A model generated the notes under the pieces. The model saw nothing but the letters and a program-made list of their open reading frames with translations. It was not told the origin of the DNA and did no database searches. A DNA stretch of 64,000 nucleotides, from NCBI GenBank assembly GCA_965198235.1, contig OZ240248.1, positions 4,672,001-4,736,000 of the forward strand. Direction: 5' to 3'. The DNA is from Candidatus Poribacteria bacterium. GTDB lineage: Bacteria; Poribacteria; WGA-4E; WGA-3G. The translations under genes and the position numbers were made by a program. How positions within the stretch are numbered: position 1 is the stretch's first letter; each line of letters begins with the position of its first letter. Shown here piece after piece: positions 31,348-41,433 of this stretch.

Positions 31348-32842
31348 AGTGTTCATCTCATATTCTCACGATTCCCCAGAGCATAAACGGTGGGTATCTG
31401 AACTTGCTGCGCGACTTCGCCACAACGGAATTGATGCAATACTCGATCAATGGGACCTCGGACTGGGCGATGATATAACGCGATTCATGGAACGCGGCAT
31501 CGTGGACGCTGATAGGGTGCTGGTCATTTGCACGGATCAGTACGTAAAAAAAGCGAACGCTGACGAAGGCGGGGTCGGCTATGAACGGATGATCGTAAAC
31601 GCCGAACTTGTTCAGAATTTAGGAACAGACAAATTTATTCCTATCATCCGTCAGGCATCAGGAAGGAAAAAAACACCGATATTCTTAGGAACCCGATTCT
31701 ATGCTGACTTTAGAAATGACAATCAATTTAATGCGGAATGTGAAAAATTAATTCGTGAGCTTCACGAAATGCCTATTGTAGAGAAACCACCTTTAGGAAA
31801 AAGTCCATTCCGTTCTGTGGAACCTGACACACAACCGACTGAGATACCAGAGGAGGTTAAATCTGCATCAGTAGCTTACAAAACAGCGTCTAAACTCGTT
31901 CGTGCTGGCGATACACTTGGATGGCGGCAACTCATCAAGAAAATTCGAGAACCTATATTCAAATCTTTGGTCCAATGGCGACAAGATGAATTAGATGGAC
32001 AAGAACCTGAAGACAAAAAACAATTAGTTCAAGTTGTGGATAAAGCGGTTGAAATTGTTTCACCCTTAATGGCTATTGCTTTAGTAGGTGTTGAATCCGG
32101 TAGGGAAGAATTTAGAGACCAAAAATCTTTGCTTGATGATCTGCTAAATATTACTGGATGGAATCGTAGTGGGTACGAAGCTTGGGTAGACATTCCCAGC
32201 GCGTTAGGGTATGTGTACCATGGTCTGCACGGGAGTATTAGTCTAAGTACAAATCAGATGGATATTGCCCTGAATCTTTCGCGAGTGAAAATCCCTAATC
32301 CATATATAACAAAACCTCCTCAGGTCTGGGAAAGAAGTGATCTTATGGGGTGGGCGGACTCGTTTGGTCCAAGTTGCATAGAAGGTTGGAATTATTTAGC
32401 CAATGCTTATGAAAGAGAAGGATGGGAGTGGTTGCCTCTAATATTCGAGAATGATCAGAAATATCGAACTACGCTGGTAGCATATTACATGGCATTGAAC
32501 ATCCATGAATTAGCCTCTATAATTGCTTCAGGCCAACAGGATACGTTAAACAGAAATTTCAACTCAATGTCTCCATTTGGTTTTAATGTCCCATTGACTT
32601 TTATGTCTGAAGAACAAGGCATAAACCAACGTGCGACTTCTGTATTACTTCGTAATCCAGAAGCACTTGCAGAATTATGGACTAGCTTAAATGTGAGACG
32701 TGAACAAATTGAAATTTCATGGAGAAATTGGGTTAGTCTATTTGGAGTTTGGTTAAGGAATGTCTATGGATTCGTATCTCATGGAGAAGAAATTCGTGCT
32801 CGAAATATTGTGCATCATAAGGATTTTTTTCAGCAGTTGTAA
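31331..32842 (+). CDS. TIR/SEFIR domain protein with unknown helical C-terminal domain
   Basis: KVFISYSHD, LDQWDL, GVGYE (putative catalytic Glu85), FIPI. Confidence 0.85.
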   Translation: MAENPKVFISYSHDSPEHKRWVSELAARLRHNGIDAILDQWDLGLGDDITRFMERGIVDADRVLVICTDQYVKKANADEGGVGYERMIVNAELVQNLGTDKFIPIIRQASGRKKTPIFLGTRFYADFRNDNQFNAECEKLIRELHEMPIVEKPPLGKSPFRSVEPDTQPTEIPEEVKSASVAYKTASKLVRAGDTLGWRQLIKKIREPIFKSLVQWRQDELDGQEPEDKKQLVQVVDKAVEIVSPLMAIALVGVESGREEFRDQKSLLDDLLNITGWNRSGYEAWVDIPSALGYVYHGLHGSISLSTNQMDIALNLSRVKIPNPYITKPPQVWERSDLMGWADSFGPSCIEGWNYLANAYEREGWEWLPLIFENDQKYRTTLVAYYMALNIHELASIIASGQQDTLNRNFNSMSPFGFNVPLTFMSEEQGINQRATSVLLRNPEALAELWTSLNVRREQIEISWRNWVSLFGVWLRNVYGFVSHGEEIRARNIVHHKDFFQQL

Positions 32843-32964
32843 CCTTATCTTTTGTTTTGTTAAACTTCTTGAACAATCCTTGACTTGCCAAATTCGACAT
32901 GGATTTACGAAAATAGATGTCGAAAACAATTGGTTTTAGGGATCGGAAAATAGCAGGGATAAAG

Positions 32965-34635
32965 ATGTCAGAAAATCCCAAGGTTTTCATCTCATATTCA
33001 CACGATTCTCCGGAACATAAACAGTGGGTATCTGAACTCGCTGTAAAACTCCGTCACAATGGCATTGATATGACACTTGACCAATGGGATATTCGACCGG
33101 GTGATGATATAACCCGATTCATGGAACGCGGCATCGTAGACGCTGATAGGATTTTGGTTGTTTGCACAGATAATTACGTGAGCAAGGCGAACACAGGCGA
33201 GGGCAGTGTAGGCTATGAGCGAATGATTATAACAAAAGAAATTGTTGAAAATCAGGGAAATAACAAATTTATTCCTATAATTCGTCAGACGGAATGGGAG
33301 GATAAAACTCCAGAATTTTTGAAAAATCGAGTTTATATTGATTTTACGGACGACAGCCAATTTGATGAGAAATTTGCGGAATTGCTTCATGAACGTTTGT
33401 TAGTCCTGCCCTTACAAAGACCATCGGTTCCACATATTGAGGCATTGCGTGTGAGGAACTACCGAGCATTACAGGATATAGAATTGAAACAACTTAAATC
33501 GTTAACTGTCTTTTTAGGTCCAAACGGCAGTGGAAAATCAACGCTTTTTGATGTGTTTGCGTTTCTTGCTGAATGTTTCACGGACGGGCTGCGCCGTGCT
33601 TTGGAGAAAAGAGAAGGTTTCAATGAACTGAGGACACGCGGCTGTGATGGACCAATTGCATTTGAGTTAAAATATCGCGAGGAACCCGGAACACCAATTA
33701 TTACCTATCATCTTTCCATCAATGAAAACCCAGAAGGTCCCTTTGTTGAAACCGAGTGGCTGCAATGGCGACGCGGGAGTCGCGGAAAACATGTGCGTTT
33801 CCTCAATTTTCATCACGGAAAAGGCAGTATAATTCCTGGCGAAACACCCGATAAAACAGATAAACCCATTGATGAGCAACTGGATGATCCCACAACGATC
33901 GCAGCAAGTATGTTTGGTCAATCCACGCATCACCCGCGCCTCGGTGCCTTTCGACGCTTTATTACAGATTGGTATCTCTCCGACCTTTCTACCGATGCCA
34001 CGCGCCAAGCAACCAACGATGGACCGCAAAAGCGATTATCTCCAACAGGGGACAACTTGCCCAATGTTATCCAGTACTTGCAGGAAAGATACCCAGAACG
34101 TTTGGAAAAAATTATATCTTCTCTGTCAAATCAAGTGCCTCGCTTAGAAAAGGTTGACACAGAATTAATGATGAGTGGTCGCCGCCTGCTAAAGATTAAA
34201 GATGCCCCGTTTGAACAACCCATCTTGGCAAAGTTCGCCTCCGATGGCACATTGAAGCTGCTGTCATACCTGACACTGTTTCATGACCCACAACCGCCTC
34301 AATTGATCGGTATTGAAGAACCGGAGAATTACCTGCACCCACGCCTGCTGACAGGTTTAGTCGGCGAGTGCCTTGAGGCCCTAATGTTCTCTCAACTCAT
34401 AATTACCACACATTCACCGCGGTTCGTCAATGAACTTCGTGCTGAGGAAGTGTGGGTACTGTATCGGGATGAGCAAGGTTTCACAGTTTGCAAACGCGCC
34501 TCGGAGATGTTGGGAATAGAGCAGCTTTTGGATGCAGGTGCGAAGTTGGGACAACTCTGGATGGAAGGTCACTTTGAATTTGGTGATCCCTTAACCAATG
34601 CAGGCGGCCCAAAGCGAGGTGTGCGTGCACATTAA
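32965..34635 (+). CDS. TIR/SEFIR - ABC (AAA_21-type) ATPase fusion
   Basis: N-terminal KVFISYSHD...SVGYE; Walker A GPNGSGKS, signature ASDGT, Walker B IEEPEN, H-loop TTHSP. Confidence 0.88.
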   Translation: MSENPKVFISYSHDSPEHKQWVSELAVKLRHNGIDMTLDQWDIRPGDDITRFMERGIVDADRILVVCTDNYVSKANTGEGSVGYERMIITKEIVENQGNNKFIPIIRQTEWEDKTPEFLKNRVYIDFTDDSQFDEKFAELLHERLLVLPLQRPSVPHIEALRVRNYRALQDIELKQLKSLTVFLGPNGSGKSTLFDVFAFLAECFTDGLRRALEKREGFNELRTRGCDGPIAFELKYREEPGTPIITYHLSINENPEGPFVETEWLQWRRGSRGKHVRFLNFHHGKGSIIPGETPDKTDKPIDEQLDDPTTIAASMFGQSTHHPRLGAFRRFITDWYLSDLSTDATRQATNDGPQKRLSPTGDNLPNVIQYLQERYPERLEKIISSLSNQVPRLEKVDTELMMSGRRLLKIKDAPFEQPILAKFASDGTLKLLSYLTLFHDPQPPQLIGIEEPENYLHPRLLTGLVGECLEALMFSQLIITTHSPRFVNELRAEEVWVLYRDEQGFTVCKRASEMLGIEQLLDAGAKLGQLWMEGHFEFGDPLTNAGGPKRGVRAH

Positions 34636-35248
34636 ATTCTTCTTGGAGGAGCCCTCTGCTGAAGAAGCATTAAAGCACCTCTTACCCAAGATTTTATTAA
34701 AAGATGTCAGTTATGAATTTCATACTTTTCAAGGAAGAGACGAGATGCTCAAAGAATTGCCAAAGCGTTTGAAAGGAGAACAATGGATACCTAACGACTG
34801 GCGAATTGTTGTACTTATTGATGAGGACCGTGAAGACTGCCACCAACTGAAAGAAAAATTAGAGACGGCAGCACACGAAGCAGGTTTTGTGACAAAATCC
34901 AGCGCGTTTCCAAACGCAGATTTTCAGGTCGTCAACCGATTGGCAGTTGAAGAATTAGAAGCATGGTTTTTTGGAGATGTTGAAGCTTTGCACGCAGCTT
35001 ATCCCAGAGTCTCAATAAATCTCCAATATCAGGCAAGATATCGAAACCCTGATGCAATCCCTGGCGGCACGTATGAAGCATTAGAAGACTTGCTCATGCA
35101 GAAAAACTACTATAAGGGACGGATATCCAAACCTACGGTGGCACAGAACATTGCACAACACATGGAACCGAGTCAGAACAGATCGAAAAGTTTTCAGGTA
35201 TTTGTTGAGGGACTCAAGGCATGCGTAGGAGAGGAATCGTTGGTATAA
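34625..35248 (+). CDS. DUF4276 / TOPRIM-like putative nuclease
   Basis: FLEEPS, LIDED (DxD), EELEAWFFGD and NRSKSF; overlaps ATPase stop. Confidence 0.82.
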   Translation: MHIKFFLEEPSAEEALKHLLPKILLKDVSYEFHTFQGRDEMLKELPKRLKGEQWIPNDWRIVVLIDEDREDCHQLKEKLETAAHEAGFVTKSSAFPNADFQVVNRLAVEELEAWFFGDVEALHAAYPRVSINLQYQARYRNPDAIPGGTYEALEDLLMQKNYYKGRISKPTVAQNIAQHMEPSQNRSKSFQVFVEGLKACVGEESLV

Positions 35249-35266
35249 GAACATTGGGGCAATAAC

Positions 35267-38200
35267 ATGAATCTCAATACAATTTACGAATCCGATATCG
35301 AAGAAGCCTCGCTTGACTGGTTAGCTGATTTGGGTTATACCGTTTTACACGGTCCTGACATCGCCCCGGACATGCCCAATGCTGAACGTTCCACTTACAA
35401 CGAAGTAATTTTGACAACCCGCTTACGAGATGCAATTGCCCACCTAAACCCACAAATACCTGCCGATGCACAGGAAGAAGCAATCCGTAAAGTGCTTAAT
35501 CCAGATTCGCCTGCTTTGGTTCAGAACAACCGTGCATTTCATCTGATGCTGGTGGACGGAATAGAGGTTGAATATCAGCAGCCAGACGGGACAATACGTA
35601 GTGGACAAGTGAGGTTAGTCGATTTTGATACGCCGAAAAACAACAACTGGCTGGCAGTTAACCAGTTCACAGTAGTGGAAAAAAGCGATCGCCGCCCGGA
35701 CCTCGTCCTGTTTATCAACGGACTCCCTTTAGCCGTAATTGAGCTCAAAAACCCAACCGATGAGAAAGCCAGCGTCCTAACCGCCTTCCGCCAAATCCAG
35801 ACCTACAAACAAGAAATCCCTACCTTATTCACCTACAACGAAGCGATCCTCATTTCTGACGGATTGGAAGCTCGCATCGGATCTTTAACCGCTGATACGG
35901 AATGGTTTCTGCCGTGGCGGACAATCGAAGGGGAGGACGAAGCACCATCAACTGATTTAGAACTGGAGGTATTGATTAAAGGTGCCTTTGAGAAGCACCG
36001 ATTTCTGCGTTATCTCAAACACTTCATCGTTTTTGAAGAAACCGAGGGTGGGGCGATTGGGAAAAAAATCGCTGGTTATCACCAATTCCACGCAGTCAAA
36101 ACAGCAGTTGATACCACTGTCCAAGCCTCGCGCCCGGAAGGAGAACAACAGTGTGGTGTTGTCTGGCACACACAAGGTTCAGGCAAAAGCTTAACGATGG
36201 CGTTTTATGCCGGTAGCATCATCCAGCACCCGCAGATGGAAAATCCAACTCTCGTCGTTATCACCGATATGAATGATTTAGACGATCAACTCTTCGGCAC
36301 ATTTGCTCGGTGTCAGCAGCTCCTGCGGCAAACCCCCGTACAGGCAAAAAACAGGAAGCATTTGCGTGAACTCCTGAAGGTCGCCTCTGGTGGTGTAGTC
36401 TTTACTACGGTTCAAAAATTTTTTCCTGCAGGTGAGGAAACTCGTTTTCCGCAACTGTCCAATCGGCGTAACACCGTACTTATCGCGGACGAAGCGCACC
36501 GTAGCCAATACGGTTTTATTGACGGGTTTGCCCGTCATATACGCGATGCACTTCCCAACGCCTCTTTCATCGGTTTTACCGGCACGCCGATTGAACTCAC
36601 AGATCGCAATACCCGTGCGGTTTTTGGGGATTACATTAGCATCTATGACATCCAACGGGCGGTTGATGACGGTGCCACCGTTCCAATCTTCTACGAAAGT
36701 CGCCTTGCCACAATTGAACTTGACGAGGATGAAAAGCCTCACATTGATCCCGAATTTGAGGACGTTACCGAAACTGAGGAGGTAGCACAGAAAGAAAAAC
36801 TCAAAACCAAATGGGCACAACTTGAAGCGTTGGTCGGAACGGAAAAACGGTTGGGACTTATTGCTGATGATATAATTGCCCACTTTGAAGAACGGTTGGA
36901 GACGATAGACGGTAAGGGGATGATTGTTTGTATGAGCCGTCGCATCTGCGTTGACCTCTACAACGCGATTGTCAAACGCCGTCCAGAATGGCATGACAGC
37001 GATGACAAAAAAGGCGTAATAAAAGTTGTGATGACAGGTTCTGCTTCTGATGATGTATCGTGGCAGCCGCATATCCGAAACAAGGCGCGGCGCGAGGAAA
37101 TGGCAGTTCGATTCAAAAATCCCAATGACTCGCTGAAACTTGTCATTGTCCGTGATATGTGGTTAACCGGATTTGACGCGCCGAGTCTTCACACCATGTA
37201 TGTAGACAAGCCGATGCGTGGACACGGACTGATGCAAGCGATTGCCCGCGTCAATCGCGTATACCGCGACAAACCCGGCGGTTTGATTGTAGACTACATA
37301 GGGATTGCTTACCATCTAAAACAGGCATTACAGAATTACACTGGAAGCGGTGGAAAAGGAAATGCTACCCTTAATAAAGCCGAAGCAGTCGCCGTAATGT
37401 TGGAGAAATACGAGATCTGTTGTGGACTCTTTCATGGATTTGACTGGTCGCCTTGGGTTACTGGGAACGCTGAAGATCGAATAAGATTACTACCACCAGC
37501 ACAAGAACATATATTGGCACAAAAGGATGGCAAAGAGCGTTTGCTGGGAGTGGTTACTGAGCTCTCTAAAGCGTTTGCATTGGCTGTCCCAGACGCAAAA
37601 ATAACTGAGATTCGCGACGATGTCGCCTTTTTTCAGGCGGTAAGAGGCGTTTTAGCAAAACCCTCAACTGCTGAAGAAACACAGTATGAAACTACAGAAC
37701 AAGCGATTAAGCAGTTGGTATCCAAAGCAGTCGTTTCCGAGGGAGTGGTTGACATCTTTACCGCCGCGGGATTGGAAAAGCCCGATGTCTCAATTCTCTC
37801 CGACGAATTCCTCGCAGAAGTCCGGGATTTACCCCATAAAAACGTGGCGATTGAACTCTTAGAGAAACTGCTTAATGATGAAATTAGAACTCGCTCACAG
37901 AAAAATGTTGTACAAGGACGTTCATTTGCAAGTATGCTGGAACGCTCAATTCGCACCTACCAGAACCGGGCAATTGAAGCGGCACAAGTAATTGAAGAAC
38001 TCATCGAAATCGCAAAAGAGATACGTCAAGCGCAAGAACGAGGTGACGACTTAGGGCTTTCAGATGAAGAATTAGCATTTTATGACGCACTTGAAGTTAA
38101 CGATAGCGCGGTCAAGGTGTTGGGTGATGAAACCTTGCGAACCATCGCCGTTGAACTTGTAGAAACCGTTCGACAGAACGTGAGTATTGACTGGACAATG

Positions 38201-38341
38201 AAGGAGAGTGCCCGCGCGAAGATACGAGTAATGGTGAAGCGCACCCTTCGCAAACACCGCTACCCAAGCGACAAACAAGCGAAAGCTACCGAAACCGTTT
38301 TGGAGCAGGCCGAAGTGTTGTGTAAGGATTGGGCAGCGTAG
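35267..38341 (+). CDS. hsdR: Type I R-M restriction subunit
   Basis: PD...IELK nuclease motif, [18 protein letters not shown] and QAIARVNR. Confidence 0.97.
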   Translation: MNLNTIYESDIEEASLDWLADLGYTVLHGPDIAPDMPNAERSTYNEVILTTRLRDAIAHLNPQIPADAQEEAIRKVLNPDSPALVQNNRAFHLMLVDGIEVEYQQPDGTIRSGQVRLVDFDTPKNNNWLAVNQFTVVEKSDRRPDLVLFINGLPLAVIELKNPTDEKASVLTAFRQIQTYKQEIPTLFTYNEAILISDGLEARIGSLTADTEWFLPWRTIEGEDEAPSTDLELEVLIKGAFEKHRFLRYLKHFIVFEETEGGAIGKKIAGYHQFHAVKTAVDTTVQASRPEGEQQCGVVWHTQGSGKSLTMAFYAGSIIQHPQMENPTLVVITDMNDLDDQLFGTFARCQQLLRQTPVQAKNRKHLRELLKVASGGVVFTTVQKFFPAGEETRFPQLSNRRNTVLIADEAHRSQYGFIDGFARHIRDALPNASFIGFTGTPIELTDRNTRAVFGDYISIYDIQRAVDDGATVPIFYESRLATIELDEDEKPHIDPEFEDVTETEEVAQKEKLKTKWAQLEALVGTEKRLGLIADDIIAHFEERLETIDGKGMIVCMSRRICVDLYNAIVKRRPEWHDSDDKKGVIKVVMTGSASDDVSWQPHIRNKARREEMAVRFKNPNDSLKLVIVRDMWLTGFDAPSLHTMYVDKPMRGHGLMQAIARVNRVYRDKPGGLIVDYIGIAYHLKQALQNYTGSGGKGNATLNKAEAVAVMLEKYEICCGLFHGFDWSPWVTGNAEDRIRLLPPAQEHILAQKDGKERLLGVVTELSKAFALAVPDAKITEIRDDVAFFQAVRGVLAKPSTAEETQYETTEQAIKQLVSKAVVSEGVVDIFTAAGLEKPDVSILSDEFLAEVRDLPHKNVAIELLEKLLNDEIRTRSQKNVVQGRSFASMLERSIRTYQNRAIEAAQVIEELIEIAKEIRQAQERGDDLGLSDEELAFYDALEVNDSAVKVLGDETLRTIAVELVETVRQNVSIDWTMKESARAKIRVMVKRTLRKHRYPSDKQAKATETVLEQAEVLCKDWAA

Positions 38342-38450
38342 AAGAGTGAAAACAATTCATTCTGAGATCTAAGGCACTCCTTTTTTCTTCTATTCAGCAG
38401 ATATCGCATGTTCCAAAAACTGGATAGTTCCTAAAAAGGCACTAAAAACC

Positions 38451-38479
38451 TTGACAAAATTTTGGAAATTAACTATATT
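38451..38479 (+). promoter_or_regulatory. Putative sigma70 promoter of the STAS gene
   Basis: TTGACA-17 nt-TATATT. Confidence 0.6.
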
Positions 38480-38562
38480 AACCTATTGAAAATCTCTTTG
38501 TTAGGGCATAACTTGTAAGCCCGTATTCGCTCCTAATGTGAGCAATTAAGAAAGGAAAATAG

Positions 38563-38916
38563 ATGTTAGCAGAAATTCGTCAAAGAGAAGGGGTCATCGT
38601 TATTCGACCCACCGGCCGCATGATTGGTGCGGCAAATGCTGAAATTAGAGAGCAAATTAATGAGGAACTGGAGGAGCATTTTGACTCCCCAAAGGTTATC
38701 TTTAACCTCGAGAATGTTACCCGTATGGACAGTAGCGGCCTCGGCACGCTGGTATCTGTGAACGTGACGGTTTCCCGCAAAGGCGGACGGACGGCACTCG
38801 TCAACGCAGGCGCACATATCCGCAACCTTCTCATTCTCGGACGCTTAATGAGCGTCTTTGAGAACTACAATAGCGAAGAAGAGGGAATTCTCGCCCTAAC
38901 CTCTGAGGAGAGCTAA
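38563..38916 (+). CDS. STAS domain anti-sigma factor antagonist
   Basis: FNLENVTRMDSSGLGTL. Confidence 0.92.
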   Translation: MLAEIRQREGVIVIRPTGRMIGAANAEIREQINEELEEHFDSPKVIFNLENVTRMDSSGLGTLVSVNVTVSRKGGRTALVNAGAHIRNLLILGRLMSVFENYNSEEEGILALTSEES

Positions 38917-39060
38917 TCAACAGGGTAAAGTCCTTTAGTTCCTCCTTTAAACAACTATAGCCACACCTAAAATTTGTATGGCTCTGACAAGCAGGGTAAT
39001 TAGCCCCTTCGCTACTTAGGAAAATTTCTGAAAGGAACCAAGATACGAAGAAGGAGATTT

Positions 39061-40212
39061 ATGTCAAATCAGAATCTTCCGACGTTTACTGTCAATGCTG
39101 GTTTTCACAATCGGGATGGGTGCCCTGTTAGCGTTAACGTCAACCATCCCGGCGTGAGCCAACTCCACGATCATGCCGTTATCTTAACAGATGTCGCATC
39201 CGGTGATACCATTTCAGCACAGTGCTACGCTGACGAGGATGGTACTACCTTAACTTGGATACTCAATGGACTTGCCGCTGGTGAATCGCGGACCTACACC
39301 GTATCGGAAGGAAGTGTTGCTGGCGAGACAGGCGTTCAGTTAAAAGAAGAAGCCGAAACTATAACTGTAACACTCAATGACCGGCATTTTACAACATTTC
39401 GCTACGCAAAAGCGCAGTTTCGTCCTTATTTTTTTCCGGTTCTCGGTCCAAACGGACGCGAAGTGACACGCGGTGAAACAAGCGACATCTCGAAGGACCA
39501 CGTCCATCACCGTTCCCTCTACGTCGCCTACGGCGAAGTCAACGATGTTGACCTATGGGGTGAAGGAAGTAATTCTGGAAGGGTTGTGCATCAAGACTTC
39601 ACAGAAAAACAGGGTGGGGCTGTCGTCGGTAGACTTTATACGCATAATAGTTGGCAGACACAGGTAGGAGAGGCTTTGATGACCGACGTGCAGAATTACC
39701 GCATCTACAACCTACCTGAAGATACCGCAATCCTTGATCTCGATCTCAGTTTTATCGCTTCCGTGGGGGATGTACATTTCGGAGATACCAAGGAGGGCGG
39801 TATTATCTCAATTCGAGTCCAGCCGTCGATGAACGCTTCAGATGGTGGGAAGATAGAGAACGCTTTTGGCGGTGTCAATGAGACAGAAACTTGGGGTAAG
39901 CGTGCTAACTGGTGCGATTATTCTGGTGTTGTTGATGGAACGCCTGTTGGTATTGCTGTGTTCGATCATATTGTCAACCCACGCTATCCGACGTATTGGC
40001 ATGTGCGTAACTACGGGCTAATGGGAAGCAATATATTCGGAGGCGGCACTTTTGAAAGTGATCCTTCTAAAGATGGTTCCTATACACTCAAACAAGGTGA
40101 AGAGATGCACTTCCGGTTCCGCGTCCTTATCCATGCCGGCGATGCAAACGTTGGAAAGGTAGCGGAGAAATATCACGATTTCATCAACCCACCTGTCGTT
40201 GAGGTAGCCTAA
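39061..40212 (+). CDS. DUF6807 / 'PmoA-like' soluble beta-sandwich protein
   Basis: RPYFFP, DHVHHRS, DTKEGG, WGKRANWCDYSG and WHVRNYG. Confidence 0.75.
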   Translation: MSNQNLPTFTVNAGFHNRDGCPVSVNVNHPGVSQLHDHAVILTDVASGDTISAQCYADEDGTTLTWILNGLAAGESRTYTVSEGSVAGETGVQLKEEAETITVTLNDRHFTTFRYAKAQFRPYFFPVLGPNGREVTRGETSDISKDHVHHRSLYVAYGEVNDVDLWGEGSNSGRVVHQDFTEKQGGAVVGRLYTHNSWQTQVGEALMTDVQNYRIYNLPEDTAILDLDLSFIASVGDVHFGDTKEGGIISIRVQPSMNASDGGKIENAFGGVNETETWGKRANWCDYSGVVDGTPVGIAVFDHIVNPRYPTYWHVRNYGLMGSNIFGGGTFESDPSKDGSYTLKQGEEMHFRFRVLIHAGDANVGKVAEKYHDFINPPVVEVA

Positions 40213-40341
40213 GCGCGAACTTATATCAAATCGACTAAAATCTATAGACAAACCGGGTTTTCAACTCCCGATTTTATTATGCAGCTTTCGTGGCTAATTC
40301 TGATAAGGTCGATTCGGTATTATATCAAAGGAGATTTGTAA

Positions 40342-41412
40342 ATGCCGATTCCTACGATTCATGTCGGATGCACCCATTTCGCGCACGGTCGCCTACAAGC
40401 GCAAATCAATTCCAAAGGGCTTAACCCCGTTGCCTGTGTGGACATTAATCTCCCTGCAGCTCGCGAAGCTGTAGCAAGTTTAGAAGGGGATGTCCCTGAC
40501 TACCTTGCCGATCGCATCTACACGACAATAACCGAGGCGAAGGAGAAACACGGCGCGCAGGCATGTCTTATCTATGCCTCAACGACTGTCCATGCCAAAT
40601 TAATTGTTGAAAGCCTGAACCTCGGCATGCATACCCTCTGTGTCAAACCAATCGCAACAACCCAGTCAGAATTTCACGACATTATAGGCGCACATAAAGC
40701 GAATCCTGGCTTGATGCTCGTCCAAGGGCAGAATAAGCGGTGGAACCCTGCCGCCGCGAAAATGCGGGAGTGGCTTCGAGAAGAGGGTGGCATCGGTGAA
40801 ATGTTAGCGGGAGAGTGTCGATTCTGGATTCGCCAAAACTTATACACAGGTCCGGATTCTCGGCAACCCGATGCCTATGTTGATGGGCTTTTCTTCCACG
40901 CTGGCACGAGCCACCAGCTCGATCAGCTTGTTGCCGCAAAAGGGATCCCGAAGTATGTCACAGCACACGTTCACAACCGTCGAGATCCGGAGCTTGGGCA
41001 GATCGAAGCCTGGGGAACTGCTGGTGGCAACGCGCTCATGGAGTACGCAAACCGTGCCCCTTTCTCTTATGCAGGAACGCGGGCAGCGCATACAGCTCCG
41101 TTCGGGTGGAGTGGGCACTGGACTTTTCACGGCGAGGACGGAGATCTCCGACGAGATGCAGGACACCTGCAACTCTTCCGACTCGGCAAAACCATTGAAG
41201 ATGTATCCCTTCAAGATTTGCACGCCGGTCTAATAGAAGACGACCGCCTCCAGTTTGATGCGTTTGCGCAGGCGATTGCCAACGGAACGGATCGGGACTG
41301 GATGCAGAACACAACGCTCGGCACATGGATACTGATGGAAGCATGCAACGAGTCCGCTCGAACGCACGAAAAAGTTGATGTTGAAGTGTTCGCCAAGAAG
41401 ATGCTTGCTTAA
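40342..41412 (+). CDS. Gfo/Idh/MocA family oxidoreductase
   Basis: HTLCVKP (EKP variant), GQNKRW and HQLD. Confidence 0.8.
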   Translation: MPIPTIHVGCTHFAHGRLQAQINSKGLNPVACVDINLPAAREAVASLEGDVPDYLADRIYTTITEAKEKHGAQACLIYASTTVHAKLIVESLNLGMHTLCVKPIATTQSEFHDIIGAHKANPGLMLVQGQNKRWNPAAAKMREWLREEGGIGEMLAGECRFWIRQNLYTGPDSRQPDAYVDGLFFHAGTSHQLDQLVAAKGIPKYVTAHVHNRRDPELGQIEAWGTAGGNALMEYANRAPFSYAGTRAAHTAPFGWSGHWTFHGEDGDLRRDAGHLQLFRLGKTIEDVSLQDLHAGLIEDDRLQFDAFAQAIANGTDRDWMQNTTLGTWILMEACNESARTHEKVDVEVFAKKMLA

Positions 41413-41433
41413 GTTTCAACAGAGGTTCTGGTA

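Noticed and set aside
39061-40212. Methane monooxygenase subunit
   Set aside because: The 'PmoA' family label is misleading here: the protein is soluble and no pmoB/pmoC are present.
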